Assembly: GCA_003565195.1 (NCBI GenBank)
Contig: PXCX01000180.1
Location: 1-32,074, forward strand
Reading direction: 5' to 3'
Source: PVC group bacterium
GTDB taxonomy: Bacteria > Verrucomicrobiota > Kiritimatiellia > CAIKKV01 > PXCX01
DNA: 32,074 nt
Within the stretch, counting starts at the first letter, position 1, and the number at the start of each line of letters is the position of its first letter. A program made the translations under genes and the position numbers. Shown in pieces: positions 9,268-18,782 of the stretch. The notes beneath the pieces are model-generated. The model was not told the origin of the DNA, did no database searches, and worked only from the letters and a program-made list of their open reading frames with translations.

Positions 9268-10244
9268 AAGTAGGTCTCCACCTTATAGACGGCGGCGTTG
9301 GACTCGAGGCGCGCGATCCAGCGCCGGTATAGATCTTCTGATTTTTGCCGGCGTATCTTCCGTTCGAGTTCATCATGAACTTCAGCGATCGGTTGGATGC
9401 GTTCCTCGCGCCGGTCCACGACCTGGATAATATAATCATCGTTATTCACTGTGATCACATCCGACACCTGGTTTAGCGGTAATTCCCGTGCTGGGTCCGC
9501 CAATTCCGGGCGCAATTCATGCAGATTGATCCAACCCCAATTACCGCCTTTGTCGGCGTGACGGCCTTCGGAATAGGTGCTTGCCAGCTCCTCGAAACTG
9601 GCGCTGTCGCGCAAACGCGCAACCAGCGAGGCCGCCAGATCTTCGGCGTCCGGATCGCCGCCGCGAATCATAATGACGCGCAAACGCGCCCGGGCCGGAA
9701 TAAGATAACGGTCCCGCGATTCATTATAGGCTTGCCGCAAATCCGCCGGCGATATGGTAATCCGGCCGGAAACATTCATTTCGCGCATGAAAGACACGAT
9801 AATCTCTTCCCGAATTTGTTCCCGCCATGCGGCCTGCGTCAGGCCCTCTTGTGCCAAGGCGTCAAGCATTCGGTGGTAATCGCCCCGAAAATTGTCGAAT
9901 TCGATCTCGCGAATCCGGGATTCCATAAAAGACTCGGGAATCCGCATCTCGCCGCGCTCGTAAGCCTCCACAATCAGGGCTCGATCAATCAGACGGCGGC
10001 GGGCCGTGCGCGTGACTTCATGCAACCGGCGTTCCAGTTCAGGACCCGTGTATTGCGTCGAAAGTTCAGACGCTGCCGGCGCTACCATGGCCGACACATC
10101 GCCCATTGTGATCCCGCGCTGATTGACAAACGCTGCAACACCATCCAGGGCAACCCGTTCGGCGTTGTTGAAAGACCATGTCATCGCCGGCAACAAGGCC
10201 GGTAGCGTAGCGATCAGGATTCGTTGTTGCCATCGTTTCATCAT
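9264..10244 (-). CDS. surA: SurA-like periplasmic chaperone / parvulin-type peptidyl-prolyl isomerase
   Basis: I prefer the ATG at 10244 (MMKRWQQRILIATLPALLPAMTWS, a signal peptide). The ORF-track start at 10283 is a TTG. It has a SurA-N-like helical region followed by a parvulin-like segment (ARLRVIMIR...FEELASTYSEGRHADKGGNWGWINLHELRPELA). It sits directly upstream of pdxA. Confidence 0.7.
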   Translation of the reverse strand: MMKRWQQRILIATLPALLPAMTWSFNNAERVALDGVAAFVNQRGITMGDVSAMVAPAASELSTQYTGPELERRLHEVTRTARRRLIDRALIVEAYERGEMRIPESFMESRIREIEFDNFRGDYHRMLDALAQEGLTQAAWREQIREEIIVSFMREMNVSGRITISPADLRQAYNESRDRYLIPARARLRVIMIRGGDPDAEDLAASLVARLRDSASFEELASTYSEGRHADKGGNWGWINLHELRPELADPARELPLNQVSDVITVNNDDYIIQVVDRREERIQPIAEVHDELERKIRRQKSEDLYRRWIARLESNAAVYKVETYF

Positions 10245-10296
10245 CGATATCCCATTGGTTATTCGAAAGGTTTTTTCACGCAAATAGTTGACGGGT

Positions 10297-10325
10297 ATTA
10301 TGCCATATTTCGGTGGCTACGGCAA
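10297..10325 (-). promoter_or_regulatory. candidate sigma70-type promoter for the surA operon
   Basis: On the minus strand: -35 TTGCCG (10325-10320), a 17-nt spacer, and an extended -10 TGgCATAAT (10305-10297). It lies about 50 nt upstream of the ATG at 10244. This is a sequence match only. Confidence 0.3.
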
Positions 10326-10353
10326 CGCTAGATTACGGTTTTGCTTTCATCGC

Positions 10354-10382
10354 TTGCACAAGCAGCCATCCGGCATTATAAT
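10354..10382 (+). promoter_or_regulatory. candidate sigma70-type promoter for mutS
   Basis: TTGCAC (10354-10359), an exactly 17-nt spacer, and consensus TATAAT (10377-10382). It lies about 70 nt upstream of the mutS ATG at 10451. Confidence 0.4.
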
Positions 10383-10450
10383 TCAACACCTCGGAACGCG
10401 AGGTAACCCTTGGATGATTATAAAAAACCGTTCGTCGACCTGATTCAGCC

Positions 10451-12985
10451 ATGAAGGAAACGTTAACACCGATGATGAGGCAGTATCGCCGTATTCGTGA
10501 CCGTTTACCGGCGGATACGATCCTTTTTTTCCGGATGGGCGACTTTTACGAAATGTTTTTCGCGGATGCAACCGAGGCGTCTCAAATTCTGGAAATCACA
10601 TTGACCCGTCGTCAGGGCGTGCCAATGTGTGGCGTACCGTATCACGCGGCCAACAGTTACATCGCCCGCCTGATCGGTGCCGGCCGCAAAGTGGCCCTCT
10701 GCGACCAGGTCGAGGACCCTGCCACCGCGCGCGGACTGGTGCAGCGCGAGATTACCCGAATTATTACACCGGGAACCGTAATCGAGGACCATAGTCTCAG
10801 TTCGGGATGCCACAACTATCTGGCAGGCATTGTCCGCGACGGACCCGATTTCGGGTTGGCATTACTGGACGTATCGACCGGCGATTTTTCATTGCGCGAA
10901 TACGACGATCCAAAACAACTGAGCGACGAACTGGCGCGCAGTGCACCGGGCGAATGTATTTTACCGGCAACCCTCAAGGAGGATCCGGAACTGAGTAAAC
11001 TGTTGCAGGATAACGGGATAACCTGTGTCAGCGCGGCTGACGACTGGACGTTCGACGCGGAAACCGCGCGTGAAACCCTGACAACCCATTTCAGTATCAA
11101 CAGTCTTGCAAGTTTCGGTTGTGACGACTACCGGCTGGCTGTATGCGCAGCCGGCGGTACCTTGCGCTATGTCCGCGATGATTTACAGCGTCGCGTCGAT
11201 CATGTCTGCCGCTTGCAGGCCGTACGCGACAGCGGTAACCTGATGCTTGACGCGACTACCTGCCGCAATCTCGATCTGATGCCGACAAGCGCGGGTCGTA
11301 TCGCCGGGAACGCTTCGCCTTCTCTGCTGGGAATCCTCGACGTCACCCGCACGGCGATGGGCGCGCGACTGCTCCGGGAATGGCTCTGGCGCCCGTTAAC
11401 CGATCCGGCTCGTATCGAACGCCGGCTTGACGCCGTGGCGGCATTGACGGCGGACCGGACGCTGTTGGCGGAATACCGCGAACGGTTATCCGGAATTCGT
11501 GATGTCGAAAGACTGCTGGCGCGTCTCCATGCGGGCAGCGGGAATGCCCGCGATTTACGTGCGCTGGCGGGTTCGTTGCGGATATTCCCGGCCTTACGCG
11601 AGCTCGGCGATGCTTCCCGGCAAACCTATCTCGCAAAATTGTGCAACCGTATCACCGTACTCGATACGCTGGCGCAACAGATTGAAGACCATCTGGTTGA
11701 ATCGCCCCCGCTTTCCATTCGTGACGGTGGCCTGATCCGCAAGGGTATATCGGCCGAATTGGACGAATTACGCGAGGCGGCGGCGGGCGGACGCGACTGG
11801 ATGGCAAACTATCAGGCGGAGGAACGCGAGCGTACAGGTATCAAGACATTGAAAGTCCGGTTTAACAAGGTTTTCGGGTTTTTCATCGAAATATCGCAAG
11901 GCCAGGCTGCCAATGCCCCGGTGGAATATGTACGTAAGCAAACCTTGACCAACGCGGAACGTTTTATCACACCCGAACTGAAGCGACACGAAAACCTGAT
12001 TCTCGGAGCCCAGGAACGCGCCACCGCGATGGAGGCCGAGTTGTTTCAGGCGTTGTGCGCCGATGTTTTACGAGAAACCACGGCTATCCAGCAAAGCGCG
12101 GTCGCCATCGCACGGTTGGACGTCCTGGCAACGTTCGCCGAACGTGCTGTCGCGCTGGATTATTGCCGGCCACAGGTCGTTTCCGATGCTTCCATCCGTA
12201 TTCGCAACGGCCGCCACCCGATCGTCGAGCAAACCTTGCCGGCCGGTGAAAGGTTCGTACCCAACGACACCTTGATGGATTGCAAAAGCAACCAGGTATT
12301 ACTGATTACCGGTCCAAACATGGCCGGCAAATCCACCTTTATCCGGCAGGTGGCGTTGTTGGTCGTGATGGCCCAAATCGGTTGTTTCGTGCCGGCCGAC
12401 GAAGCGGTCATCGGCTGGGTCGACCGGGTGTTTACCCGTGTCGGCGCAGGCGATGATCTGGCGCACGGACGCAGTACGTTCATGGTGGAGATGGAAGAAA
12501 CGGCCAATATCCTCAACAATGCCACGGCGCGCAGCCTGATCGTACTCGATGAAATCGGGCGGGGCACCAGCACGTTTGACGGTATCAGTATCGCGTGGTC
12601 CGTTGCCGAACATCTGGCACGCACGCCGCGTGTCAAGGCGCGCACCCTTTTTGCCACCCATTATCACGAATTGACCGATTTGGCCATGACCGTTGAAGGC
12701 GTCAAGAATTATTCGGTACGTGTTCATGAACACGGCGACCAAATTGTTTTCCTGCGCAAGATAACGCCCGGCGCCGCCGACAAAAGTTATGGTATCCAGG
12801 TGGCGCAATTGGCCGGATTACCGACCGAAATCATTCAGCGTTCACGCGAAATTTTGGCCAACCTGGAAGACGGTGAATTTATTGAACGCGGGCAACCGCG
12901 TCTGGCACGCAAACGGCCGCAACGCCGTCGGCCCTCCTCTTCAACCCAATTAACCCTCTTTAGCGAGGCTGAGAAAGCGACCTGA
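10451..12985 (+). CDS. mutS: DNA mismatch repair protein MutS
   Basis: 844 aa. The N-terminus is TPMMRQYRRIRDRLPADTILFFRMGDFYEMFFADA. It has Walker A ITGPNMAGKSTFIRQ, DEIGRGTSTFDGISIA and FATHYHELT. The stop is TGA. Confidence 0.95.
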   Translation: MKETLTPMMRQYRRIRDRLPADTILFFRMGDFYEMFFADATEASQILEITLTRRQGVPMCGVPYHAANSYIARLIGAGRKVALCDQVEDPATARGLVQREITRIITPGTVIEDHSLSSGCHNYLAGIVRDGPDFGLALLDVSTGDFSLREYDDPKQLSDELARSAPGECILPATLKEDPELSKLLQDNGITCVSAADDWTFDAETARETLTTHFSINSLASFGCDDYRLAVCAAGGTLRYVRDDLQRRVDHVCRLQAVRDSGNLMLDATTCRNLDLMPTSAGRIAGNASPSLLGILDVTRTAMGARLLREWLWRPLTDPARIERRLDAVAALTADRTLLAEYRERLSGIRDVERLLARLHAGSGNARDLRALAGSLRIFPALRELGDASRQTYLAKLCNRITVLDTLAQQIEDHLVESPPLSIRDGGLIRKGISAELDELREAAAGGRDWMANYQAEERERTGIKTLKVRFNKVFGFFIEISQGQAANAPVEYVRKQTLTNAERFITPELKRHENLILGAQERATAMEAELFQALCADVLRETTAIQQSAVAIARLDVLATFAERAVALDYCRPQVVSDASIRIRNGRHPIVEQTLPAGERFVPNDTLMDCKSNQVLLITGPNMAGKSTFIRQVALLVVMAQIGCFVPADEAVIGWVDRVFTRVGAGDDLAHGRSTFMVEMEETANILNNATARSLIVLDEIGRGTSTFDGISIAWSVAEHLARTPRVKARTLFATHYHELTDLAMTVEGVKNYSVRVHEHGDQIVFLRKITPGAADKSYGIQVAQLAGLPTEIIQRSREILANLEDGEFIERGQPRLARKRPQRRRPSSSTQLTLFSEAEKAT

Positions 12986-13668
12986 TGCCGTTAATTCGCA
13001 AAGCATGGCGAATCCTGGGAATCGCCGGGATCCTGGTATTGTTCGCATGGCTGATATTGATCGGAACCGGGGAAAACTTCGCGGATAACCTTGCGCAAGC
13101 CATCGGTGACGCCGGTTGGCTGCCGTTCTTCGCCGCCATGACCTTGCTGCCGCTGGCCGGCTTTCCGGTCACCCCGTTTTACCTGATCGCTGGCGCGGTA
13201 TTCGACGAATGGCTCTGCATGCTCGCGGCCGCGTTAAGTCTACTGATCAATCTGTTGCTGGCCTACTTGATGGCGTCGCGCTGGATGCGTAACGCCTTGC
13301 AAAAACTGCTTTCGCGACACGGTCGGGCCATGATGCCCGCCTTCAGTTCACGTCGCCATACCTGGCTGTATATCCTGGCGGTTCGGGTTACCCCTGGCCC
13401 GCCGCTCAGCGTCAAGAACTATTTGGCGGGCCTAGCCGACGTTCCGCTTGCGCCCTATCTGATCATTTCATGGCCGATCGCCATGGGCTACGCAGCCGGT
13501 CTAATCGTGCTTGGCGATTCCCTGACCGAACAACGCTGGTTCGGCGTCATTGTGGGTGCCCTGGTGCTCGGCACCTTTCTGGTCGTTATGTTCGTTCTGC
13601 GATCCTGGCTGCAAACCCGGGTACGCCGTTTGCGAAGTAAAACCGAACCCGGATCATCAGCCTTGTAA
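12985..13668 (+). CDS. TVP38/TMEM64 (DedA-related) family inner-membrane protein
   Basis: 227 aa with multiple TM helices. It contains the motif RVTPGPPLSVKNYLAGLADVPLAPYL typical of the family. Its ATG at 12985 shares one base with the mutS TGA (TGATG). The stop is TAA. Confidence 0.65.
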   Translation: MPLIRKAWRILGIAGILVLFAWLILIGTGENFADNLAQAIGDAGWLPFFAAMTLLPLAGFPVTPFYLIAGAVFDEWLCMLAAALSLLINLLLAYLMASRWMRNALQKLLSRHGRAMMPAFSSRRHTWLYILAVRVTPGPPLSVKNYLAGLADVPLAPYLIISWPIAMGYAAGLIVLGDSLTEQRWFGVIVGALVLGTFLVVMFVLRSWLQTRVRRLRSKTEPGSSAL

Positions 13669-13687
13669 ACGGGGTGCAAGCCAGACA

Positions 13688-14200
13688 TCAGACATCGGCC
13701 AATCTTTGGCACAACCACTCGAGCGCATGCACCACCGCCTGCTCCCGGATCGTGTGCCGATCGCCGACGGACAATTCCAGTTTTTTTGCGTCGGCACCGG
13801 CGTTATCGGCAAGTCCCAACCAGATTGTGCCGACCGGTTTATCCGGTGTTCCGCCGCCGGGACCTGCAATGCCTGTGATTGACAAGCCGTAGTTCGTACG
13901 GAAACGCTGGCGCACGCCGGTCGCCATGGCGCGCGCCACCCCGGCACTGACGGCGCCATCGCGGTCAAGCAGCGTTTCGGGAACTCCCAAATGGCGGATT
14001 TTGACGGCGTTGTGATAAGCGATCACGCCACCGATAAAATACGCCGAACTGCCGGCCAGCGCGGTAATCCGACCGCCCAGCAAGCCGCCGGTGCATGACT
14101 CGGCAACCGCAAGTGTCGCACCCTGCGCACCCAGTAATTCAGCCAGGAACCTTTCCGGGTTGGCATGTGCCATATCATTGGTTTGGTTCACATGCATCAT
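13688..14200 (-). CDS. pncC: CinA C-terminal-domain protein / nicotinamide-nucleotide amidohydrolase PncC
   Basis: 170 aa with LAVAESCTGGLLGGRIT, FIGGVIAYHN and LSITGIAGPGGG. The exact start is uncertain, because a GAGG abuts the first ATG and a start a few codons downstream is possible. Confidence 0.85.
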   Translation of the reverse strand: MMHVNQTNDMAHANPERFLAELLGAQGATLAVAESCTGGLLGGRITALAGSSAYFIGGVIAYHNAVKIRHLGVPETLLDRDGAVSAGVARAMATGVRQRFRTNYGLSITGIAGPGGGTPDKPVGTIWLGLADNAGADAKKLELSVGDRHTIREQAVVHALEWLCQRLADV

Positions 14201-14222
14201 CCTCTTTTATGAAGCGACAGGG

Positions 14223-14936
14223 TTACGGCATAGCGATGGTGATCATGCCGGATTTGGGATGTTGGTTGGCTCTGATGCGGCCCTGACGCAGTATTTTGGT
14301 GACGGCCGCATTCAGTTCGCGGTCGTTATGCGGTTCGGTGATAAACACATTTTGTACCCCGCCGTATTGATTAATCTCGACCACGGCGGTTACCGACCAT
14401 GGCGCCGGCGTCGCTGGCAAGCGTGCGGTCCAGTCGTCCGGCGGTGAGAAACCGTGAGCCGTCAGCTCGGCATCGGCTCGCCAAAGCGGGACGGTCCCGC
14501 TAGCCGCCGGCGGACGTGCCGGTTTTTCAGGCACGGGCCGATACGGCAACAACCCGGCGCGCAGTCGGGATTCGGACAATGGGTCATCCCGTTCGGCGGC
14601 CGCGGTCGTCAGGCCGCGGTCAAAATCCATCAACGGTGGCGGCGGGATCGGTACGGCCGGAATTCCGCGTGTTTCCAGGGCAGCCATCTGGATGGTGCGA
14701 CTGAACCCGTAGGGTGTCGGGATGGAAAACAACAGCGGCGACCATAAGCCGTCGTCTTGAGCGGTATCCGTAAGGATATACCGGATACGCGGGGTATGCA
14801 CCGTTTCGGGTTGCCGTTCGATGCGAGGCTTAAACATCCAGACCGACCACAACGCCGGACCGGCCAGCGCGATCAGAACCAGAACCGTTGCGACGTTGGG
14901 ATTCCATAAACGTTGAAACATGGCGCCGGTTTTCAT
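14223..14936 (-). CDS. TonB-like energy-transducer protein
   Basis: The ORF track extends to 15299, but that part overlaps exbD. I prefer the ATG at 14936 (MKTGAMFQRLWNPNVATVLVLIALAGPALWSVW, an N-terminal anchor). It has a Pro-rich linker (IPAVPIPPPPL, PVPEKPARPPAA) and a C-terminal segment VTAVVEINQYGGVQNVFITEPHNDRELNAAVTKILRQ that resembles a TonB C-terminal domain. It lies directly downstream of exbB-exbD. Confidence 0.6.
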   Translation of the reverse strand: MKTGAMFQRLWNPNVATVLVLIALAGPALWSVWMFKPRIERQPETVHTPRIRYILTDTAQDDGLWSPLLFSIPTPYGFSRTIQMAALETRGIPAVPIPPPPLMDFDRGLTTAAAERDDPLSESRLRAGLLPYRPVPEKPARPPAASGTVPLWRADAELTAHGFSPPDDWTARLPATPAPWSVTAVVEINQYGGVQNVFITEPHNDRELNAAVTKILRQGRIRANQHPKSGMITIAMP

Positions 14937-14967
14937 GGCATCGCTTGTGTTTTGGGTGTATCCGGTT

Positions 14968-15462
14968 TCAAAACGGCCGGCTGGCGACATTGATTTCACG
15001 AATGCCGATCTCGGCGGCCAAACCGTAAAGATCGACGAGTAAACCGTGTTGTATCTGATGATCGGCCTCGATAATAAGCGGAAGATCGGGGCGTCGCGCA
15101 ACGGCTTGGCGCAACGCTGCACGTAATCCGTCACGCTGGGTTTCGACATGGAAACGGCGATCATCGAAAAAAACGATTTCGTGACGTTGATCGCTTCGGG
15201 GATCATCCTGGATGACAACCACCATGGTATGCCCGAACGGATGACCTTCGCCGATATGGGTGGCCGGCAGTTCGATGGCGATGCCCGGCTGCAAGACAAA
15301 AGGCAGACTGCACAGCAGGAAAAAAATAATCAGCAACACGATGTCGACCCAGGGTGCGGCCGTGACCATGCCGCGGCTGATCCGGTGATCCGGACGATAG
15401 CGGGTGCGGATACCTTTCCAGACCCAGCGCGGTGCCTCAGGTGTTGGAGACGTTGGTTTCAT
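14968..15462 (-). CDS. exbD: biopolymer transport protein ExbD/TolR
   Basis: The segment APWVDIVLLIIFFLLCSLPFV is followed by a periplasmic domain (VVIQDD...FFDDRRFH...LPLIIEADHQIQHGLLVDLYGLAAEIG). The ATG at 15462 overlaps the exbB end by 26 nt. The alternative ATG at 15369 would leave almost no cytoplasmic N-terminus. Confidence 0.8.
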   Translation of the reverse strand: MKPTSPTPEAPRWVWKGIRTRYRPDHRISRGMVTAAPWVDIVLLIIFFLLCSLPFVLQPGIAIELPATHIGEGHPFGHTMVVVIQDDPRSDQRHEIVFFDDRRFHVETQRDGLRAALRQAVARRPDLPLIIEADHQIQHGLLVDLYGLAAEIGIREINVASRPF

Positions 15463-16105
15463 GTTGTGTTTCCGTGGTTGCAGGTGAAGCGTTGGCCGCA
15501 TCGGTGCCGGTCACAAATCCCATGATCTCGGTCGATGCCCGTTCCATATCGATCACAATCCGTTCGACCCGGTTGGCCAGGAAATGGAACGCGGCATAGG
15601 AGGGGATGGCCACGCTGAGCCCGGCGGCGGTGGTAACCAGCGCCTGCATGAGCCAATGGGACAGGTCGCCCATCGGAACCAACGGCGCCTGCAGGTTCAT
15701 GATCAGCAAGGCCCGGATCATGGCGGCAACCGTACCGAGCAATCCCAGCAGGGGCGTAATCTGGGCGATGGCGGTAATCACAACCAAACGGCGTTCCATT
15801 CGCATGAGTTCGGCGCGTCCAATATCATCAAGGGCCGAACGGAGATTGGTTGCCGCATCATGCCGGTGCAGAATGGCTGTTTTCATCAGGGACGCCACTG
15901 GGCCGGCCGTCTCGGAACATAACGTCAGCGCTTCATCGATATTGCCGCGGCGTATATTATTAAAGATGCCGTTCAGGAAATCTTCCGATCGGATCCGGGC
16001 ACGATGCAAGTGCAGTGCTCGCTCAAGAAATACCAGGATGGCAATGATACCGCAAAGTGCAATCACATATAGCAGGGGACCTCCCTGCGACAATATTTCG
16101 AACAT
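15437..16105 (-). CDS. exbB: MotA/TolQ/ExbB proton-channel protein
   Basis: I prefer the ATG at 16105 (MFEILSQGGPLLYVIALCGIIAILVFLER), which has a GGAG about 10 nt upstream. It contains the conserved segment ITAIAQITPLLGLLGTVAAMI ... ALVTTAAGLSVAIPSYAAFHFL. Confidence 0.85.
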   Translation of the reverse strand: MFEILSQGGPLLYVIALCGIIAILVFLERALHLHRARIRSEDFLNGIFNNIRRGNIDEALTLCSETAGPVASLMKTAILHRHDAATNLRSALDDIGRAELMRMERRLVVITAIAQITPLLGLLGTVAAMIRALLIMNLQAPLVPMGDLSHWLMQALVTTAAGLSVAIPSYAAFHFLANRVERIVIDMERASTEIMGFVTGTDAANASPATTETQHETNVSNT

Positions 16106-16152
16106 AATATCAGTTACTCCTTGTGCATGATTCGCGACACCAATAAGAAACC

Positions 16153-18741
16153 TTAATATAACAGCATCCAATGTTCGTCGCGTAATCGTTCAATTCGGGT
16201 GGCAGCCTGCGCGGAGGCAGGCACATCCGCGTCGACGACGCGTTGCAGTATGTTGACTGCCTGACGCCATTTCCGGCGCGATTCCAGGATGCCCGCGGCA
16301 TCGAACGCAGCGCGCTGAAACCCCCAAACAGCGGTCGGGGCGGGACGTATGCCTTGATATTGCATTTCGCGAAAACGCACGAGTGCCGCATGAAAAAATT
16401 CAAGCGCCAGGTCCTTGTCGTCCAGGTGTTCATGGCAACGACCGATTTTGTACAACGCCTGCAATCGCATGTCGTCCGGCGACTCCGCAAGCTCCAGTAA
16501 TTTGCGATACGACAGTATCGCCTCTCGATAATATTGCGGATCCTGATTGCCGAGCATGAACTGACAATCGCCTTTGCGGCCGATCGCAGCGGGCCGCAAA
16601 TAACTGGCCGGAGTATGCTCGATGACGTCATTAAACAGAACCTTGGCATCGGCGAATTCGCCCAGAGCGCTCAAGGCGTCGGCCTGCGAAAATCGTGCTT
16701 CGGCCACACGCGGACTGTCCGGATAGTCCGCGACAAGCCGTGCAAACAGTTCGATGGCTTCCGCGTAATTCTGACGGCGTGCGGCCGTGCGTCCAGCCCA
16801 CAACAGCGCGTTTTCGGCTACCGCGCTTTTCGGGTAGCGTTCCGCCAGCTCGAAAAATTGGTTTTGGGCTTTAGCGAGTTCTTCCTGGTTAAATTGATTT
16901 TCGGCAATCCGGAAAAGAATCTCCGGCGCACGCTCTGAATCGCCGTAATGCTCCAAAAAACGGTGTGCCGCGTTCAATGCTTCATCTTCACGACCGGTCA
17001 TGGAATAGGCCCATACCCGCATGAAACTGGCGCGTTCGGAATAGGGATGCTCCGGCAATTGATCCAGCAACCGGTTGAATTTTTCCAAAGCGTCATCGAA
17101 ACGGAACAAGGTATACAGGATCATTCCGCTGCTCAAAAGACTGTCCGCCTGGATATCCGGGTCGGATACCCGCTGCGGAACAATCTCGTATGCCGCCAAC
17201 GCCTCCCGAAGATCTTCACGTTCTTCGTGAAGTTTGGCGATCCGCAGCAAGGCCTTGGCGGCATCCGCCGAATCGGCAAAATCATCGACCAGTTGGGTCA
17301 GGGCGGCAATTGCTTCATCGTAATGTTCCAGCCGGATCATGGATTCGGCTGCCAGATAGCGAGCCCGCGTCACGCGTTGAGTAACACCGGCCGCGGCCGC
17401 GGTCTCCGCGGCGCTCTGGTAACGGTCCAGCGCCGCGGCAAACCGTTCGTGAGTGAACCAGGCATCCGCGGCCTTGAACAAGGCCTTGCTGCGACGTTCC
17501 GTCGAATCGAATTGTTGCGCCGCCTTCTCGAAGCGTTCGGCCGCTTCCGCCGTGCGGTCCATCGCCAAAAAGGACCATCCCAGTCCGGTCAGCGCTTCCG
17601 CCTGGCCCACCCGATTTGTGAACGCATCGAGATAAACCTGGAATTCATCGGCGGCGCGGTCGTGTTTTTCGCCGCGTAACAGACCGTAGGCAAGTTTCAG
17701 TTGCAGTTCGGGAACGTCATCCCGCCGGGGTGCAGCGCGGATGACCTCGGACAGCCGTTCAGCCGCCGCATCGGTGTGTCCCGTCTCGAACATCAAACGG
17801 GCTGACTCGATGGTTATCGGGCGCCGGTGTTCTTCCGGGGGCAACCGTGCCAGAATCTTGTCCAGCACCGCCACGGCGTCGTCAAGCTGGTTTTTTTTCT
17901 CCAGAACCTCGGCTTTGGCCATGCCGAACCGGCCTGTTTCAGGCCCGCTCATTCCCGGAAAATCCAAAAGTTTGCGGAAGATGGCGCGTGCCTCATCATA
18001 TCTTTCAGCTTGCAACTCAAGTTGTCCCTGCCAGTAGGCGGCTTCACGGCCAACCGGATCTGACAGGTCGGTGGCCAGGGCTTCCAGTTTGGCGGTCGCC
18101 TCGTCATGGCGGCCATCCAATATCAGTGTTTTGGCCCACGCCAACCGGGTGGCATCGGTTTGCGGGGCATCGGGATAGGTTCCGACCGCCTGTGCGTAAA
18201 TTGCCAGCGCCTCATCCAACCCATTAGCCGCGGTTAAAGCCGCCGCTCGTAAAGGCAATACATCCGCCATCCGGTCCGCCTCGGGAAACTGGGTTTGAAA
18301 GGTTTCCGTCAGTTCCAAGACCTTGTCGTTGCGCTCGAGATGATGATAGGCGACGGTACGCCAGAACAGTAGATCGGCGGCCGCAACCGAGTTTTGGAGC
18401 GCGGCAGGTAAATCCGTGTCAATACGTTTCAGTATATCTTCGTGCCGGTCGAGTGCATGATATGCCCGGGCCAGCAAAACCAAACCGGATGCGTACGCCT
18501 CGTCATCCGCCGCAAGCGTTGGTAAATTACGTTCCAGCAAGTCGACTGCCATCTCGAACAATTCGTCTTCCAATGCCGCGTGAATCGCCTGCATCGGATC
18601 CATGCCGGCATCGGTAACGATCTGGCCGGCGTTATCGTCATTGGCGCCGAATGAAGCCGGCATCAGGATCGCGAAGATAACACCCGCAACGATTGCGATC
18701 ATTTTTAATTCGTGGTCACTTGTGGTCATTCGTGCTTGCAT
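16153..18741 (-). CDS. large tetratricopeptide-repeat (TPR) protein with an N-terminal anchor or signal
   Basis: 862 aa. The N-terminus contains MIAIVAGVIFAILMPASFG. The rest is repeated about-34-aa A/L/Y/W-rich helical units (...EAIELFARLVADYPDSPRVAEARFSQADALSALGEFADAKVLFNDVI...). The stop is TAA. It lies upstream of exbB. Confidence 0.8.
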   Translation of the reverse strand: MQARMTTSDHELKMIAIVAGVIFAILMPASFGANDDNAGQIVTDAGMDPMQAIHAALEDELFEMAVDLLERNLPTLAADDEAYASGLVLLARAYHALDRHEDILKRIDTDLPAALQNSVAAADLLFWRTVAYHHLERNDKVLELTETFQTQFPEADRMADVLPLRAAALTAANGLDEALAIYAQAVGTYPDAPQTDATRLAWAKTLILDGRHDEATAKLEALATDLSDPVGREAAYWQGQLELQAERYDEARAIFRKLLDFPGMSGPETGRFGMAKAEVLEKKNQLDDAVAVLDKILARLPPEEHRRPITIESARLMFETGHTDAAAERLSEVIRAAPRRDDVPELQLKLAYGLLRGEKHDRAADEFQVYLDAFTNRVGQAEALTGLGWSFLAMDRTAEAAERFEKAAQQFDSTERRSKALFKAADAWFTHERFAAALDRYQSAAETAAAAGVTQRVTRARYLAAESMIRLEHYDEAIAALTQLVDDFADSADAAKALLRIAKLHEEREDLREALAAYEIVPQRVSDPDIQADSLLSSGMILYTLFRFDDALEKFNRLLDQLPEHPYSERASFMRVWAYSMTGREDEALNAAHRFLEHYGDSERAPEILFRIAENQFNQEELAKAQNQFFELAERYPKSAVAENALLWAGRTAARRQNYAEAIELFARLVADYPDSPRVAEARFSQADALSALGEFADAKVLFNDVIEHTPASYLRPAAIGRKGDCQFMLGNQDPQYYREAILSYRKLLELAESPDDMRLQALYKIGRCHEHLDDKDLALEFFHAALVRFREMQYQGIRPAPTAVWGFQRAAFDAAGILESRRKWRQAVNILQRVVDADVPASAQAATRIERLRDEHWMLLY

Positions 18742-18782
18742 GGCTTATAGTGTAACACGGCAGGCTGCGGTTATGCCAGTTT

